Source: Nemertoderma westbladi
Taxonomy: Eukaryota; Animalia; Xenacoelomorpha
DNA: 33,495 nt
Reading direction: 5' to 3'
NCBI GenBank assembly: GCA_032718475.1
Contig: JAUCBJ010006270.1
Location: 1-33,495 of the forward strand
A model generated the notes under the pieces. That model did no database searches, was not told the origin of the DNA, and saw only the letters and a program-made list of their open reading frames with translations. Of this stretch, positions 1 through 13,228 are shown piece after piece. A program made the translations under genes and the position numbers. Numbering within the stretch: position 1 is the first letter of the stretch; each line of letters starts with the position of its first letter.

Positions 1-1150
1 AATATCAGTTAATGGTCGTTATGGAATATCAGTTAATGGTCGTTATGGAATATCAGTTAATGGTCACTATAGAATATCAATTTAGGGTCCCTGGAATATC
101 AGTTAATGGTCCCTATGGAATATCAGTTAATGGACCCTATGGAATATCAGTTAATGGTCCCTATAGAATATCAGTTAATGGTCCTTATGGAATATCAGTT
201 AATGGTCCCTATGGAATATCAGTTAATGGACCCTATGGAATATCAGTTAATGGTCCTTATGGATATCAGTTATTGGTCCCTATGGAATATCAGTTAATGG
301 TCCCTATGGAATATCAGTTAATGGTCGTTATGGAATATCAGTTAATGGTCGTTATGGAATATCAGTTAATGGTCACTATAGAATATCAATTTATGGTCCC
401 TGGAATATCAGTTAATGGTCCCTATGGAATATCAGTTAATGGACCCTATGGAATATCAGTTAATGGTCCCTATAGAATATCAGTTAATGGTCCCTATGGA
501 ATATCAGTTAATGGTCCCTATAGAATATCAGTTAATGGTCGTTATGGAATATCAGTTAATGGTCGTTATGGAATATCAGTTAATGGTCACTTCACTATAG
601 AATATCAATTTATGGTCCCTGGAATATCAGTTAATGGTCCCTATGGAATATCAGTTAATGGACCCTATGGAATATCAGTTAATGGTCCCTATGGAATAAC
701 AGTTAATGGTCCCTATAGAATATCAGTTAATGGTCCTTATGGAATATCAGTTAATGGTCCCTATGGAATATCAGTTAATGGACCCTATGGAATATCAGTT
801 AATGGTCCTTATGGAATATCAGTTATTGGTCCCTATGGAATATCAGTTAATGGTCCCTATGGAATATCAGTTAATGGACCCTATGGAATATCAGTTAATG
901 GTCCTTATGGAATATCAGTTATTGGTCCCTATGGAATATCAGTTAATGGTCCCTATGGAATATCAGTTAATGGTCCCTATGGAATATCAGTTAATGGTCC
1001 CTATGGAATATCAGTTAATGGTCCCTATAGAATATCAGTTAATGGTCGTTATGGAATATCAGTTAATGGTCGTTATGGAATATCAGTTAATGGTCACTAT
1101 AGAATATCAATTTATGGTCCCTGGAATATCAGTTAATGGTCACTGGAATA
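1..1150. repeat. 24-bp minisatellite (GGAATATCAGTTAATGGTCCCTAT)n, ~48 units, truncated by the window edge; within putative RBM17 intron 3
   Basis: Direct periodicity; yields the GISVNGPY / MEYQLMVP repeat ORFs. Recurring variant blocks (cgttat, cactatag, tcaattta) at ~1-105, ~315-410, ~530-625 and ~1035-1135. Confidence 0.95.
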
Positions 1151-1588
1151 GGTAAAGGTTAGAATTCTGTTAGGCCGTTAGGGTTAATAGAATGTGGAGT
1201 TTTGGAAAGGACCTTCGGTTGCCATATTGAAAAGGGACCCAAAAATCCACAATTGAGCTTCACATCCGACTTATTCTGAATCAGCGCAATAGATTTACCA
1301 AAACTTGTCATCCAACCTTGACTTTCTGGCCGTATTTTGAGGATTTAGACCCTAACTGTACAAATTACAAATATACCACACAGAACACAAACTACAATAA
1401 GGTAAAGGTAATGGTTTGAGTCATAATGTTAGTTACCGTGCTTTGTCAAAATGTTAAGGTCGATAATAAGAATGCGGTTTAATTATTTTATATGGAGAGT
1501 CATTTACTATTGGTGCTCTAAGACACTGTTGTCGCTTGGAACACAAATCGATTGCCTTAAAAATTAATAGAAACAGCTGTATGATTAC

Positions 1589-1687
1589 CTTAACAACTTC
1601 ACCGTATTTCTCGCATTCTTCTTTGGTCTCTTCTTCAAGGTGTTCATCCACCTCCCCAGAGCCAACCATATTGTTTAATAGAACAAC
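1589..1687 (-). CDS. RBM17: RBM17/SPF45 coding exon 3, N-terminal half of the UHM/RRM (VVLLNNMVGSGEVDEHLEEETKEECEKYGEVVK)
   Basis: Close match to the SPF45 UHM (VVLLRNMVGAGEVDEDLEVETKEECEKYG). Acceptor CCCAG at 1692-1688, phase 0 with exon 2. The donor AAG|GTAATC at 1588 is inferred and less certain. Confidence 0.88.
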
Positions 1688-1789
1688 CTGGGATGTCAGC
1701 AACGATTGGTTTAGCAACAGTTAGAAAAAAATTTCAAAAAAACACCGGTTTGACCCCCACCGACCTACACCGACCGATCACCGACACTA

Positions 1790-4700
1790 ATGGCTCGCCC
1801 AACTCTCACCCACAAAGAGTTCCTCCTTCCCCAATGACTCTCGCCCCACACTCATCCACAGAGTTCCTCGTCTTCCCTCATGGCTCGCCCCACACTCACC
1901 CACAAATAGTTCCTCCATCCCTCATGGCTCGCCCCACACTCATCCACAGAGTTCCTCCTTCCCCAATGACTCGCCCCACACTCACCCACAAAGAGTTCCT
2001 CCTTCCCTCATGGCTCGCCCCACACTCACCCACAGAGTTCCTCCTTCCCTCATGGCTCGCCCACACTCATCCACAGAGTTCCTCCTTCCATCATGGCTCG
2101 CCCCACACTCACCCACAGAGTTCCTCCTTCCCTCATGGCTCGCCCACACTCACCCACAGAGTTCCTCCTTCCCCAATGACTCGCCCCACACTCACCCACA
2201 AAGAGTTCCTCCTTCCCTCATGGCTCGCCCCACACTCACCCACAGAGTTCCTCCTTCCCCAATGACTCGCCACACACTCAGCCACAAAGAGTTCCTCCTT
2301 CCCTCATGGCTCGCCCCACTCTCAACCACATGGAGTTCCTCCTTCCCCAATGACTCGCCCCACACTCACCCACAGAGTTCCTCCTTCCCCAATGACTCGC
2401 CCCACACTCACCCACAGAGTTCCTCCTTCCCCAATGACTCGCCCCACACTCACCCACAAAGAGTTCCTCCTTCCCTCATGGCTCGCCCCACACTCACCCA
2501 CAGAGTTCCTCCTTCCCCAATGACTCGCCCCACACTCACCCACAAAGAGTTCCTCCTTCCCTCATGGCTCGCCCCACACTCACCCACAGAGTTCCTCCTT
2601 CCCCAATGACTCGCCACACACTCAGCCACAAAGAGTTCCTCCTTCCATCATGGCTCGCCCCACACTCACCCACAGAGTTCCTCCTTCCCTCATGGCTCGC
2701 CCACACTCACCCACAGAGTTCCTCCTTCCCCAATGACTCGCCCCACACTCACCCACAAAGAGTTCCTCCTTCCCTCATGGCTCGCCCCACACTCACCCAC
2801 AAAGAGTTCCTCCTTCCCCAATGACTCGCCACACACTCAGCCACAAAGAGTTCCTCCTTCCCTCATGGCTCGCCCCACACTCAACCACATGGAGTTCCTC
2901 CTTCCCTCATGGCTCGCCCCGCACTCACCCACAAAGAGTTCTTCCTTCCCTCATGGCTCGCCCCACACTCACCCACAGAGTTCCTCCTTCCCCAATGACT
3001 CGCCCCACACTCACCAACAAAGAGTTCCTCCTTCCCTCATGGCTTGCCCCACACTCACCCACAGAGTTCCTCCTTCCCCAATGACTCGCCCCACACTCAC
3101 CCACAAAGAGTTCCTCCTTCCCTCATGGCTCGCCCCACACTCACCCACAGAGAGTTCCTTCTTCCCCAATGGCTCGCCCCACACTCACCCACAGAGTTCC
3201 TCCTTCCCCAATGACTCGCCCCACACTCACCAACAAAGAGTTCCTCCTTCCCTCATGGCTTGCCCCACACTCACCCACAAAGAGTTCCTCCTTCCCTCAT
3301 GACTCGCCTCACACTCAGCCATAAAGAGTTCCTTCTTCCCTCATGGCTCGCCCCACACTCACACACAATGAGTTCCTCGTCTTCCCTCATGGCTCGCCCC
3401 ACACTCACAAACAAAGAGTTCCTTCTTCCCTCATGGCTCGCCCCACACTCACCCACAAAGAGTTCCTCCTTCCCCAATGACTCGCCACACACTCAGCCAC
3501 AAAGAGTTCCTCCTTCCCCAATGACTCGCCACACACTCAGCCACAAAGAGTTCCTCCTTCCCTCATGGCTCGCCCCACACTCAACCACATGGAGTTCCTC
3601 CTTCCCTCATGGCTCGCCCCGCACTCACCCACAAAGAGTTCTTCCTTCCCTCATGGCTCGCCCCACACTCACCCACAGAGTTCCTCCTTCCCCAATGACT
3701 CGCCCCACACTCACCAACAAAGAGTTCCTCCTTCCCTCATGGCTTGCCCCACACTCACCCACAAAGAGTTCCTCCTTCCCTCATGGCTCGCCCCACACTC
3801 ACCCACAAAGAGTTCCTCCTTCCCTCATGGCTTGCCCCACACTCACCCACAAAGAGTTCTTCCTTCCCTCATGGCTCGCCCCGCACTCACCCACAAAGAG
3901 TTCCTCCTTCCCCAATGACTCGCCCCACACTCACCCACAGAGTGCCTCCTTCCCCATGGCTCGCCCCACACTCACCCACAAAGAGTTCCTCCTTCCCTCA
4001 TGGCTCGCCCCACACTCACCCACAGAGTTCCTCCTTCCCCAATGACTCGCCCCGCACTCACCCACAAAGAGTTCCTCCTTCCCTCAAGGCTCGCCCCACA
4101 CTCACCCACAGAGTTCCTCCTTCTCCAATGACTCGCCCCACACTCACCCACAAAGAATTCCTCCTTCCCCCATGGCTCGCCCCACACTCACCCACAGAGT
4201 TCCTCCTTCTCCAATGACTCGCCCCACACTCACCCACAAAGAGTTCCTCCTTCCCTCATGGCTCGCCCCACACTCAACCACATGGAGTTCCTCCTTCCCC
4301 CATGGCTCGCCCCACACTCACCCACAGAGTTCCTCCTTCCCCAATGACTCGCCCCACACTCACCCACAAAGAGTTCCTCCTTCCCTCATGGCTCGCCCCA
4401 CACTCAACCACATGGAGTTCCTCCTTCCCTCATGGCTCGCCCCACACTCAACCACATGGAGTTCCTCCTTCCCTCATGGCTCGCCTCACACTCAACCACA
4501 TTGAGTTCCTCCTTCCCTCATGGCTCGCCCCACACTAAACCACAAAGAGTTCCTCCTTCCCCCAAGGCTCGCCCCACACTCACCCACAGAGTTCCTCCTT
4601 CCCCAATGACTCGCCCCACACTCACCCACAAAGAGTTCCTCCTTCCCCCATGGCTCGCCCCACACTCACCCACAGAGTTCCTCCTTCCGCAATGACTCGC

Positions 4701-7700
4701 CCTACACTCACCCACAAAGAGTTCCTCCTTCCCTCATGGCTCGCCCCACTCTCAACCACATGGAGTTCCTCCTTCCCTCATGGCTCGCCTCACACTCACA
4801 AACAATGAGTTCCTCGTCATCCCTCATGAGGCATGACCCGCCCCACACTAACCCACAAAGAGTTCCTCCTTCCGCAATGACTCGCCCCACACTCACCCAC
4901 AAAGAGTTCCTCCTTCCCTCATGGCTCGCCCCACTCTCAACCACATGGAGTTCCTCCTTCCCTCATGGCTCGCCTCACACTCACAAACAATGAGTTCCTC
5001 GTCATCCCTCATAACTCGCCCCACACTCACAAACAATGAGTTCCTCGTCATCCCTCATGACCCGCCCCACACTAACCCACAAAGAGTTCCTCCTTCCGCA
5101 ATGACTCGCCCCACACTCACCCACAAAGAGTTCCTCCTTCCCTCATGGCTCGCCCCACTCTCAACCACATGGAGTTCCTCCTTCCCTCATGGCTCGCCCC
5201 ACACTCACACACAATGAGTTCCTCGTCATCCCTCATAACTCGCCCCACACTAACCCACAAAGAGTTCCTCCTTCCCCCAAGGATCGCCCCACACTCATCC
5301 ACAGAGTTCCTCCTTCCCCAATGACTCGCCCCACACTCACCCACAAAGAGTTCCTCCTTCTCTCATGGCTCGCCCCACTCTCAACCACATGGAGTTCCTC
5401 CTTCCCTCATGGCTCGCCTCACACTCACAAACAATGAGTTCCTCGTCATCCCTCATAACTCGCCCCACACTAACCCACAAAGAGTTCCTCCTTCCCCCAA
5501 GGATCGCCCCACACTCACCCTCAGAGATCATCCTTCCCCACCCCAATGACTCGCCCCACACTCACCCACAGAGTTCCTCCTTCCGCAATGACTCGCCCCA
5601 CACTCACCCACAAAGAGTTCCTCCTTCCCTCATGGCTCGCCCCACTCTCAACCATATGGAGTTCCTCCTTCCCTCATGGCTCGCCTCACACTCACAAACA
5701 ATGAGTTCCTCGTCATCCCTCATGACCCGCCCCACACTAACCCACAAAGAGTTCCTCCTTCCGCAATGACTCGCCCCACACTCACCCACAAAGAGTTCCT
5801 CCTTCCCTCATGGCTCGCCCCACTCTCAACCACATGGAGTTCATCCTTCCCTCATGGCTCGCCTCACACTCACAAACAATGAGTTCCTCGTCATCCCTCA
5901 TAACTCGCCCCACACTCACAAACAATGAGTTCCTCGTCATCCCTCATGACCCGCCCCACACTAACCCACAAAGAGTTCCTCCTTCCGCAATGACTCGCCC
6001 CACACTCACGCACAAAGAGTTCCTCCTTCCCTCATGGCTCGCCCCACTCTCAACCACATGGAGTTCCTCCTTCCCTCATGGCTCGCCTCACACTCACAAA
6101 CAATGAGTTCCTCGTCATCCCTCATGACCCGCCCCACACTAACCCACAAAGAGTTCCTCCTTCCCTCATGACCCGCCCCACACTAACCCACAAAGAGTTC
6201 CTCCTTCCCTCATGACCCGCCCCACACTAACCCACAAAGAGTTCCTCCTTCCCCAATGACTCGCCCCACACTCACCCACAGAGTTCCTCCTTCCCCACCC
6301 CAATGACTCGCCCCAAACTCACCCACAAAGAGTTCCTCCTTCCCTCATGGCTCGCCCCACACTCAACCACATGGAGTTCCTCCTTCCCTCATGGCTCGCC
6401 CCACACTCACAAACAAAGAGTTCCTCGTCTTCCCTCATGGCTCGCCCCACATTCACAAACAAAGAGTTCCTCCTTCCCTCATGGCTCGCCCCACACTCAC
6501 AAACAAAGAGTTCCTCGTCTTCCCTCATGGCTCGCCCCACATTCACAAACAAAGAGTTCCTCCCTCCCTCATGACCCGCCCCACACTCCCAAACAAAGAT
6601 TTCCTCCTTCCCCAATGACTCGCCCCACACTCACCCACAAAGAGTTCCTCCTTCCCTCATGGCTCGCCCCACACTCCCAAACAAAGAGTTCCTCCTTCCC
6701 TCATGGCTCGCCCCACACTAACCCACAAAGAGTTCCTCCTTCCCCCAAGGATCGCCCCACACTCACCCACAGAGTTCCTCCTTCCCCAATGACTCGCCCC
6801 ACACTCACCCACAAAGAGTTCCTCCTTCCCTCATGGCTCGCCCCACACTCAACCACATGGAGTTCCTCCTTCGCTCATGGCTCGCCCCACACTCACAAAC
6901 AAAGAGTTCCTCGTCTTCCCTCATGGCTCGCCCCACATTCACAAACAAAGAGTTCCTCCCTCCCTCATGACCCGCCCCACACTCCCAAACAAAGAGTTCC
7001 TCCTTCCCCAATGACTCTCGCCCCACACTCACCCACAAAGAGTTCCTCCTTCCCTCATGGCTCGCCCCACACTCACCCACAGAGTTCCTCCTTCCCCAAT
7101 GACTCGCCCCACACTCACCCACAAAGAGTTCCTCCATCCATCATGGCTCACCCCACAATGACCCAGAAGTTCCTCCTTCCCTCATGGCTCGCCCCACACT
7201 CACCCACAAAGAGTTCCTCCTTCCCTCATGGCTCGCCCCACACTCACCCACAGAATTCCTCTTCCCCAATGACTCGCCCCACACTCACCCACAAAGAGTT
7301 CCTCCTTCCCTCATGGCTCACCCCACACTCACCAACAAAGAGTTCATCCTTCCCTCATGGCTCGCCTCACACTCACAAACAAAGAGTTCCTCCTTCCCCA
7401 ATGACTCGCCCCACACTCACCCACAAAGAGTTCCTCCTTCCCCAATGACTCGCCCCACACTCAACCACATGGAGTTCCTCCTTCCCCAATGACTCGCCCC
7501 TCTCTCGCCCACAGAGTTCCTCCTTCCCCCATGGCTCGCCCCACACTAACCCCAAAAGAGTTCCTCCTTCCCCCAAGGATCGCCCCACACTCACCCACAA
7601 AGAGTTCCTCCTTCCCTCATGGCTCGCCCCACACTCACCCACAAAGAGTTCCTCCTTCCCTCATGGCTCGCCCCACACTTACCCACAGAATTCCTCTTCC

Positions 7701-9330
7701 CCAATGACTCGCCCCACACTAACCCACAAAGAGTTCCTCCTTCCCTCATGGCTCGCCCCACACTCACCCACAAAGAGTTCCTCCTTCCCTCATGGCTCGC
7801 CCCACACTCACCCACAGAGTTCCTCCTTCCCCAATGACTCGCCCCACACTCACCCACAAAGAGTTCCTCCTTCCCTCATGGCTCGCCCCACACTCACCCA
7901 CAGAGTTCCTCCTTCCCTCATGGCTCGCCCCGCACTCACCCACAAAGAGTTCTTCCTTCCCTCATGGCTCGCCCCACACTCACCCACAGAATTCCTCTTC
8001 CCCAATGACTCGCCCCACACTCACCCACAAAGAGTTCCTCCTTCCCTCATGGCTCGCCCCACACTCACCAACAAAGAGTTCATCCTTCCCTCATGGCTCG
8101 CCTCACACTCACAAACAAAGAGTTCCTCCTTCCCCAATGACTCGCCCCACACTCACCCACAAAGAGTTCCTCCTTCCCCAATGACTCGCCCCTCTCTCGC
8201 CCACAGAGTTCCTCCTTCCCCCATGGCTCACCCCACACTAACCCCAAAAGAGTTCCTCCTTCCCCCAAGGATCGCCCCACACTCACCCACAAAGAGTTCC
8301 TCCTTCCCTCATGGCTCGCCCCACACTCACCCACAAAGAGTTCCTCCTTCCCTCATGGCTCGCCCCACACTCACCCACAGAATTCCTCTTCCCCAATGAC
8401 TCGCCCCACACTAACCCACAAAGAGTTCCTCCTTCCCTCATGGCTCGCCCCACACTCACCCACAGAGTTCCTCCTTCCCCAATGACTCGCCCCACACTCA
8501 CCCACAAAGAGTTCCTCCTTCCCTCATGGCTCGCCCCACACTCACCCACAGAGAGTTCCTTCTTCCCCAATGGCTCGCCCCACACTCACCCACAGAGTTC
8601 CTCCTTCCCCAATGACTCGCCCCACACTCACCAACAAAGAGTTCCTCCTTCCCTCATGGCTTGCCCCACACTCACCCACAAAGAGTTCCTCCTTCCCTCA
8701 TGACTCGCCTCACACTCAGCCATAAAGAGTTCCTTCTTCCCTCATGGCTCGCCCCACACTCACACACAATGAGTTCCTCGTCTTCCCTCATGGCTCGCCC
8801 CACACTCACAAACAAAGAGTTCCTTCTTCCCTCATGGCTCGCCCCACACTCACCCACAAAGAGTTCCTCCTTCCCCAATGACTCGCCACACACTCAGCCA
8901 CAAAGAGTTCCTCCTTCCCCAATGACTCGCCACACACTCAGCCACAAAGAGTTCCTCCTTCCCTCATGGCTCGCCCCACACTCAACCACATGGAGTTCCT
9001 CCTTCCCTCATGGCTCGCCCCGCACTCACCCACAAAGAGTTCTTCCTTCCCTCATGGCTCGACCCACACTCACCCACAGAGTTCCACCTTCCCCAATGAC
9101 TCGTCCCACACTCACCCACAAAGAGTTCCTCCTTCCCCCCATGGCTCGCCCCACACTCATCCACAGAGTTCCTCCTTCCCTCATGGCTCGCCCCGCACTC
9201 ACCCACAAAGAGTTCCTCCTTCCCCCCATGGCTCGCCCCACACTCAACCACATGGAGTTCCTCCTTCCCTCATGGCTCGTCCCACACTCACCCACAACGA
9301 GTTCCTCCTTCCCCCCATGGCTCGCTCCCC
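1790..9330. repeat. 42-44-bp minisatellite (CATGGCTCGCCCCACACTCACCCAC[AA]AGAGTTCCTCCTTCCCT)n, roughly 170 units, filling RBM17 intron 2
   Basis: Direct periodicity over ~7.5 kb of the 7647-bp intron (1688-9334). Strong C/G skew; most units read TGG|GTGAGT on the sense (minus) strand. Confidence 0.97.
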
Positions 9331-9334
9331 TTAC

Positions 9335-9469
9335 CTTTGATGGGTTTCTCATCATAGCGGTAATAGATTCAGCCTCCAGCTTCTCCTGTTCCTCCTGCGT
9401 TCTCCGTTCTACCGCCACTGGATGTTCGGCGGCAATTATTTTGCCCCCCCGCCGACTGGTTTTCTCTAC
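9335..9469 (-). CDS. RBM17: RBM17/SPF45 coding exon 2 (VEKTSRRGGKIIAAEHPVAVERRTQEEQEKLEAESITAMMRNPSK)
   Basis: VEKTSRRGGKII matches the end of the SPF45 G-patch region (VEKTSKRGGKII). TAG acceptor at 9472-9470, AAG|GTAAGG donor at 9334; 135 nt, phase 0-0. Confidence 0.93.
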
Positions 9470-9656
9470 CTACCGACCAAACAAACATATAATAAACCAC
9501 TACCATTTATTGTGTAGGTAGAACTTTACACCGGTCCTATAGCATACCTATACTATATAATGTACATACGATACATCAGTATACACCTTTAGGGCCAATA
9601 TTCTAAACTACAGTAACTAAACTAGTGTTACCGCTTTAGGTACAGTTACTTATATA

Positions 9657-10570
9657 CACCATGTCCCGCAATATAGTGTCATTTTCTGATGACACGGACC
9701 CCCCCCCCCCCCCCAGATTTTTCTACAAATCTTTATCATATTGCTTGAAATTTGAAACACCACTAGTTCCACTCACCGTCGATGACCCCATGAAGCCGGA
9801 ATTTTCGATTTTGCCTTTAAATTATTTTTATAAGCGTTCTAAAAAAGTGTCTTTTTGCGAAGTCGCGCCCTCCGTGTCGTTAACATTCTTCACATTAGTC
9901 GTATTTTTTTCATATCATTATATAGCTTGCCATGCAAGGATTCCAAATATGTAAAAATATCTGAATTTCGTTGAGAAACAGCTGAGATATAGGCGTTCAA
10001 AGATTGCAAGAATTATCGTTCGCTGCAGGCCATTTATTCTATTTAATAAATACACAAAATTCTAGAATGTGTTATTTATTTTATGAGTTGGTTGGCGACA
10101 GCGGTAATCCTATCCACTATATCTATTGCGTAGCTATTCATACTTAAACAAATTGTTCCAGAACATTGTGTAATTATTAAATAGAATAAATGGCCTTCAG
10201 CGGACAATACTTCTTGTAATCTTTGAACGCCTATATCTCAGTTGTTTCTAAACGAAATTCAGTTATTGTTACATATTTCGAATCCTTGCAAGGCAAGCTT
10301 TTTAATGATATGAAAAAATTACGACTAATGTGAAGAATGTTCACGACACGGAGGGTGCGATTTCGCAAAAGACCCTTTTTTAAAACGCTTATAAAAAGAA
10401 TTTAAAGGCAAAATTGAAAATTCCGTCTTCATGGTAACAACCACGGTGAGTGGAACTAGTTGTGTTTCAAATTTCAAGCAATATGATAAAGATTTGTATA
10501 ACAATCTGGGGGGGGGGGGGGGGGGGGGTCCGTGTCATCAGAAAATGACACTATATTACGGGACATGGTA
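9657..10570. mobile_element. Foldback MITE with ~410-bp inverted arms, probable TA TSD (Tc1/mariner-like)
   Basis: Termini ACCATGTCCCGCAATATAGTGTCATTTTCTGATGACACGGAC and GTCCGTGTCATCAGAAAATGACACTATATTACGGGACATGGT. Arms pair from 9657-~10068 to ~10155-10570. TA at 9655-9656 and 10571-10572; no ORF. Confidence 0.88.
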
Positions 10571-10599
10571 TATTATTGAAAGATACAACCCCGGGCAAT

Positions 10600-13228
10600 T
10601 ACTGTTATGGCTACAACTGTTATGGCTACAACTGTTATTGCTAACTACTGTTATGGCTACTACTGGAATGGCTACTACTGTTATGGCTACTACTGTTATG
10701 GCTACAACTGAGTGTTATGGCTACTACTGGAATGGCTACAACTGTTATGGCTACTACTGTTATGGCTACAACTGTTATGGCTACTACTGTTATGGCTACT
10801 ACTGTTATGGCTACTACTGTTATGGCTACTACTGTTATGGCTACTACTGGTATGGCTACTACTGGTATGGCTACTATTGTTATGGCTACTACTGTTATGG
10901 TTACAACTGAGTGTTATGGCTACTACTGTTATGGCTATAACTGTTATGGCTACAACTGTTATGGCTACTACTGTTATGGCTACAACTGTTATGGCTACAA
11001 CTGTTATGGCTACAACTGTTATGGCTACTACTGTTATGGCTACTTGTTATGGCTACAACTATTATGGCTACTACTGTTATGCTTACTACTGTTATGGCTA
11101 CTACTGGTATGGCTACTACTGTTTGGCTACTACTGTTATGGCTACTACTGTTATGGCTACTACTGGTATGGCTACTACTGTTATGGCTACAACTGTTATG
11201 GCTACAACTGTTATGGCTACAACTGTTATGGCTACAACTGTTATGGCTACTACTGTTATGGCTACAACTGTTATGCCTACTACTGTTATGGCTACAACTG
11301 TTATGACTACTACTGTTATGGCTACTACTGTTATGGCTACAACTGTTATGGCTACAACTGTTATGGCTACAACTGTTATGGCTACAACTGTTATGGCTAC
11401 TACTGTTATGGCTACAACTGTTATGCCTACTACTGTTATGGCTACAACTGTTATGACTACTACTGTTATGGCTACTACTGTTATGGCTACAACTTTTATG
11501 GCTACAACTGTTATGGCTACAACTGTTATGGCTACAACTGTTATGGCTACTACTGTTATGGCTACAACTGTTATGGCTACAACTGTTATGGCTACTACTG
11601 TTATGGCTACTACTGTTATGGCTACTACTGTTATGGCTACTACTGGTATGGCTACTACTGGTATGGCTACTATTGTTATGTCTACTACTGTTATGGTTAC
11701 AACTGAGTGTTATGGCTACTACTGTTATGGCTACAACTGTTATGGCTATAACTGTTATGGCTACAACTGTTATGGCTACAACTGTTATGGCTACAACTGT
11801 TATGGCTACAACTGTTATGGCTACAACTGTTATGGCTACTACTGTTATGGCTACTTGTTATGGCTACAACTATTATGGCTACTACTGTTATGGCTACTAC
11901 TGTTATGGCTACTATTGTTATGGCTACTACTGTTATGGCTACAACTGTTATGGCTACAACTGTTATGGCTACAACTGTTATGGCTACTACTGTTATGGCT
12001 ACTACTGTTATGGCTACAACTGTTATGGCTACTACTGTTATGGCTACAACTGTTATGGCTACTACTGTTATGGCTACTTGTTATGGCTACAACTATTATG
12101 GCTACTACTGTTATGGCTACTATTGTTATGGCTACTACTGTTATGGCTACAACTGTTATGGCTACAACTGTTATGGCTACAACTGTTATGGCTACAACTG
12201 TTATGGCTACAACTGTTATGGCTACTACTGTTATGGCTACTTGTTATGGCTACAACTATTATGGCTACTACTGTTATGGCTACTACTGTTATGGCTACTA
12301 TTGTTATGGCTACTACTGTTATGGCTACAACTGTTATGGCTACAACTGTTATGGCTACAACTGTTATGGCTACTACTGTTATGGCTACTACTGTTATGGC
12401 TACTATTGTTATGTCTACTACTGTTATGGTTACAACTGAGTGTTATGGCTACTACTGTTATGGCTACAACTGTTATGGCTACAACTGTTATGGCTACAAC
12501 TGTTATGGCTACTACTGTTATGGCTACAACTGTTATGGCTACTACTGTTATGGCTACTTGTTATGGCTACAACTATTATGGCTACTACTGTTATGGCTAC
12601 TACTGTTATGGCTACTATTGTTATGGCTACTACTGTTATGGCTACAACTGTTATGGCTACAACTGTTATGGCTACAACTGTTATGGCTACAACTGTTATG
12701 GCTACAACTGTTATGGCTACAACTGTTATGGCTACTACTGTTATGGCTACTTGTTATGGCTACAACTATTATGGCTACTACTGTTATGGCTACTACTGTT
12801 ATGGCTACTATTGTTATGGCTACAACTGTTATGGCTACAACTGTTATGGCTACAACTGTTATGGCTACTACTGTTATGGCTACTTGTTATGGCTACAACT
12901 ATTATGGCTACTACTGTTATGGCTACTACTGTTATGGCTACTATTGTTATGGCTACTACTGTTATGGCTACAACTGTTATGGCTACAACTGTTATGGCTA
13001 CAACTGTTATGGCTACTACTGTTATGGCTACAACTGTTATGACTACTACTGTTATGGCTACTACTGTTATGGCTAAAACTGTTATGGCTACAACTGTTAT
13101 GGCTACAACTGTTATGGCTACTACTGTTATGGCTATTATTGTTATGGCTACTACTGGTATGGCTACTACTGTTATGGTTACTACTGTTATGGCTACAACT
13201 GTTATGGTTACTACTGTTATGGCTACTA
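10600..13228. repeat. 15-bp minisatellite (CTAC[T/A]ACTGTTATGG)n, ~175 units, in RBM17 intron 1
   Basis: Direct periodicity; source of the MATTV / YGYNC / WLLLL ORFs in all frames. Confidence 0.97.

Noticed and set aside
12-1155. GISVNGPY / MEYQLMVP repeat ORFs as proteins
   Set aside because: Translations of a 24-bp satellite that switch frame at indels; antisense to RBM17 and within its intron.
1454-1588. Continuation of the exon 3 ORF (VIIQLFLLIFKAIDL...) as the RBM17 C-terminus
   Set aside because: Lacks the conserved VRIF.EF and DLNGR.FGGR UHM motifs; treated as intron read-through.
1693-9521. Dozens of Pro/His/Ser-rich ORFs (MARPTLTHKEFLLPSWLAPH...)
   Set aside because: Satellite-derived; units of 42-44 bp cycle through frames, and there is no unique domain.
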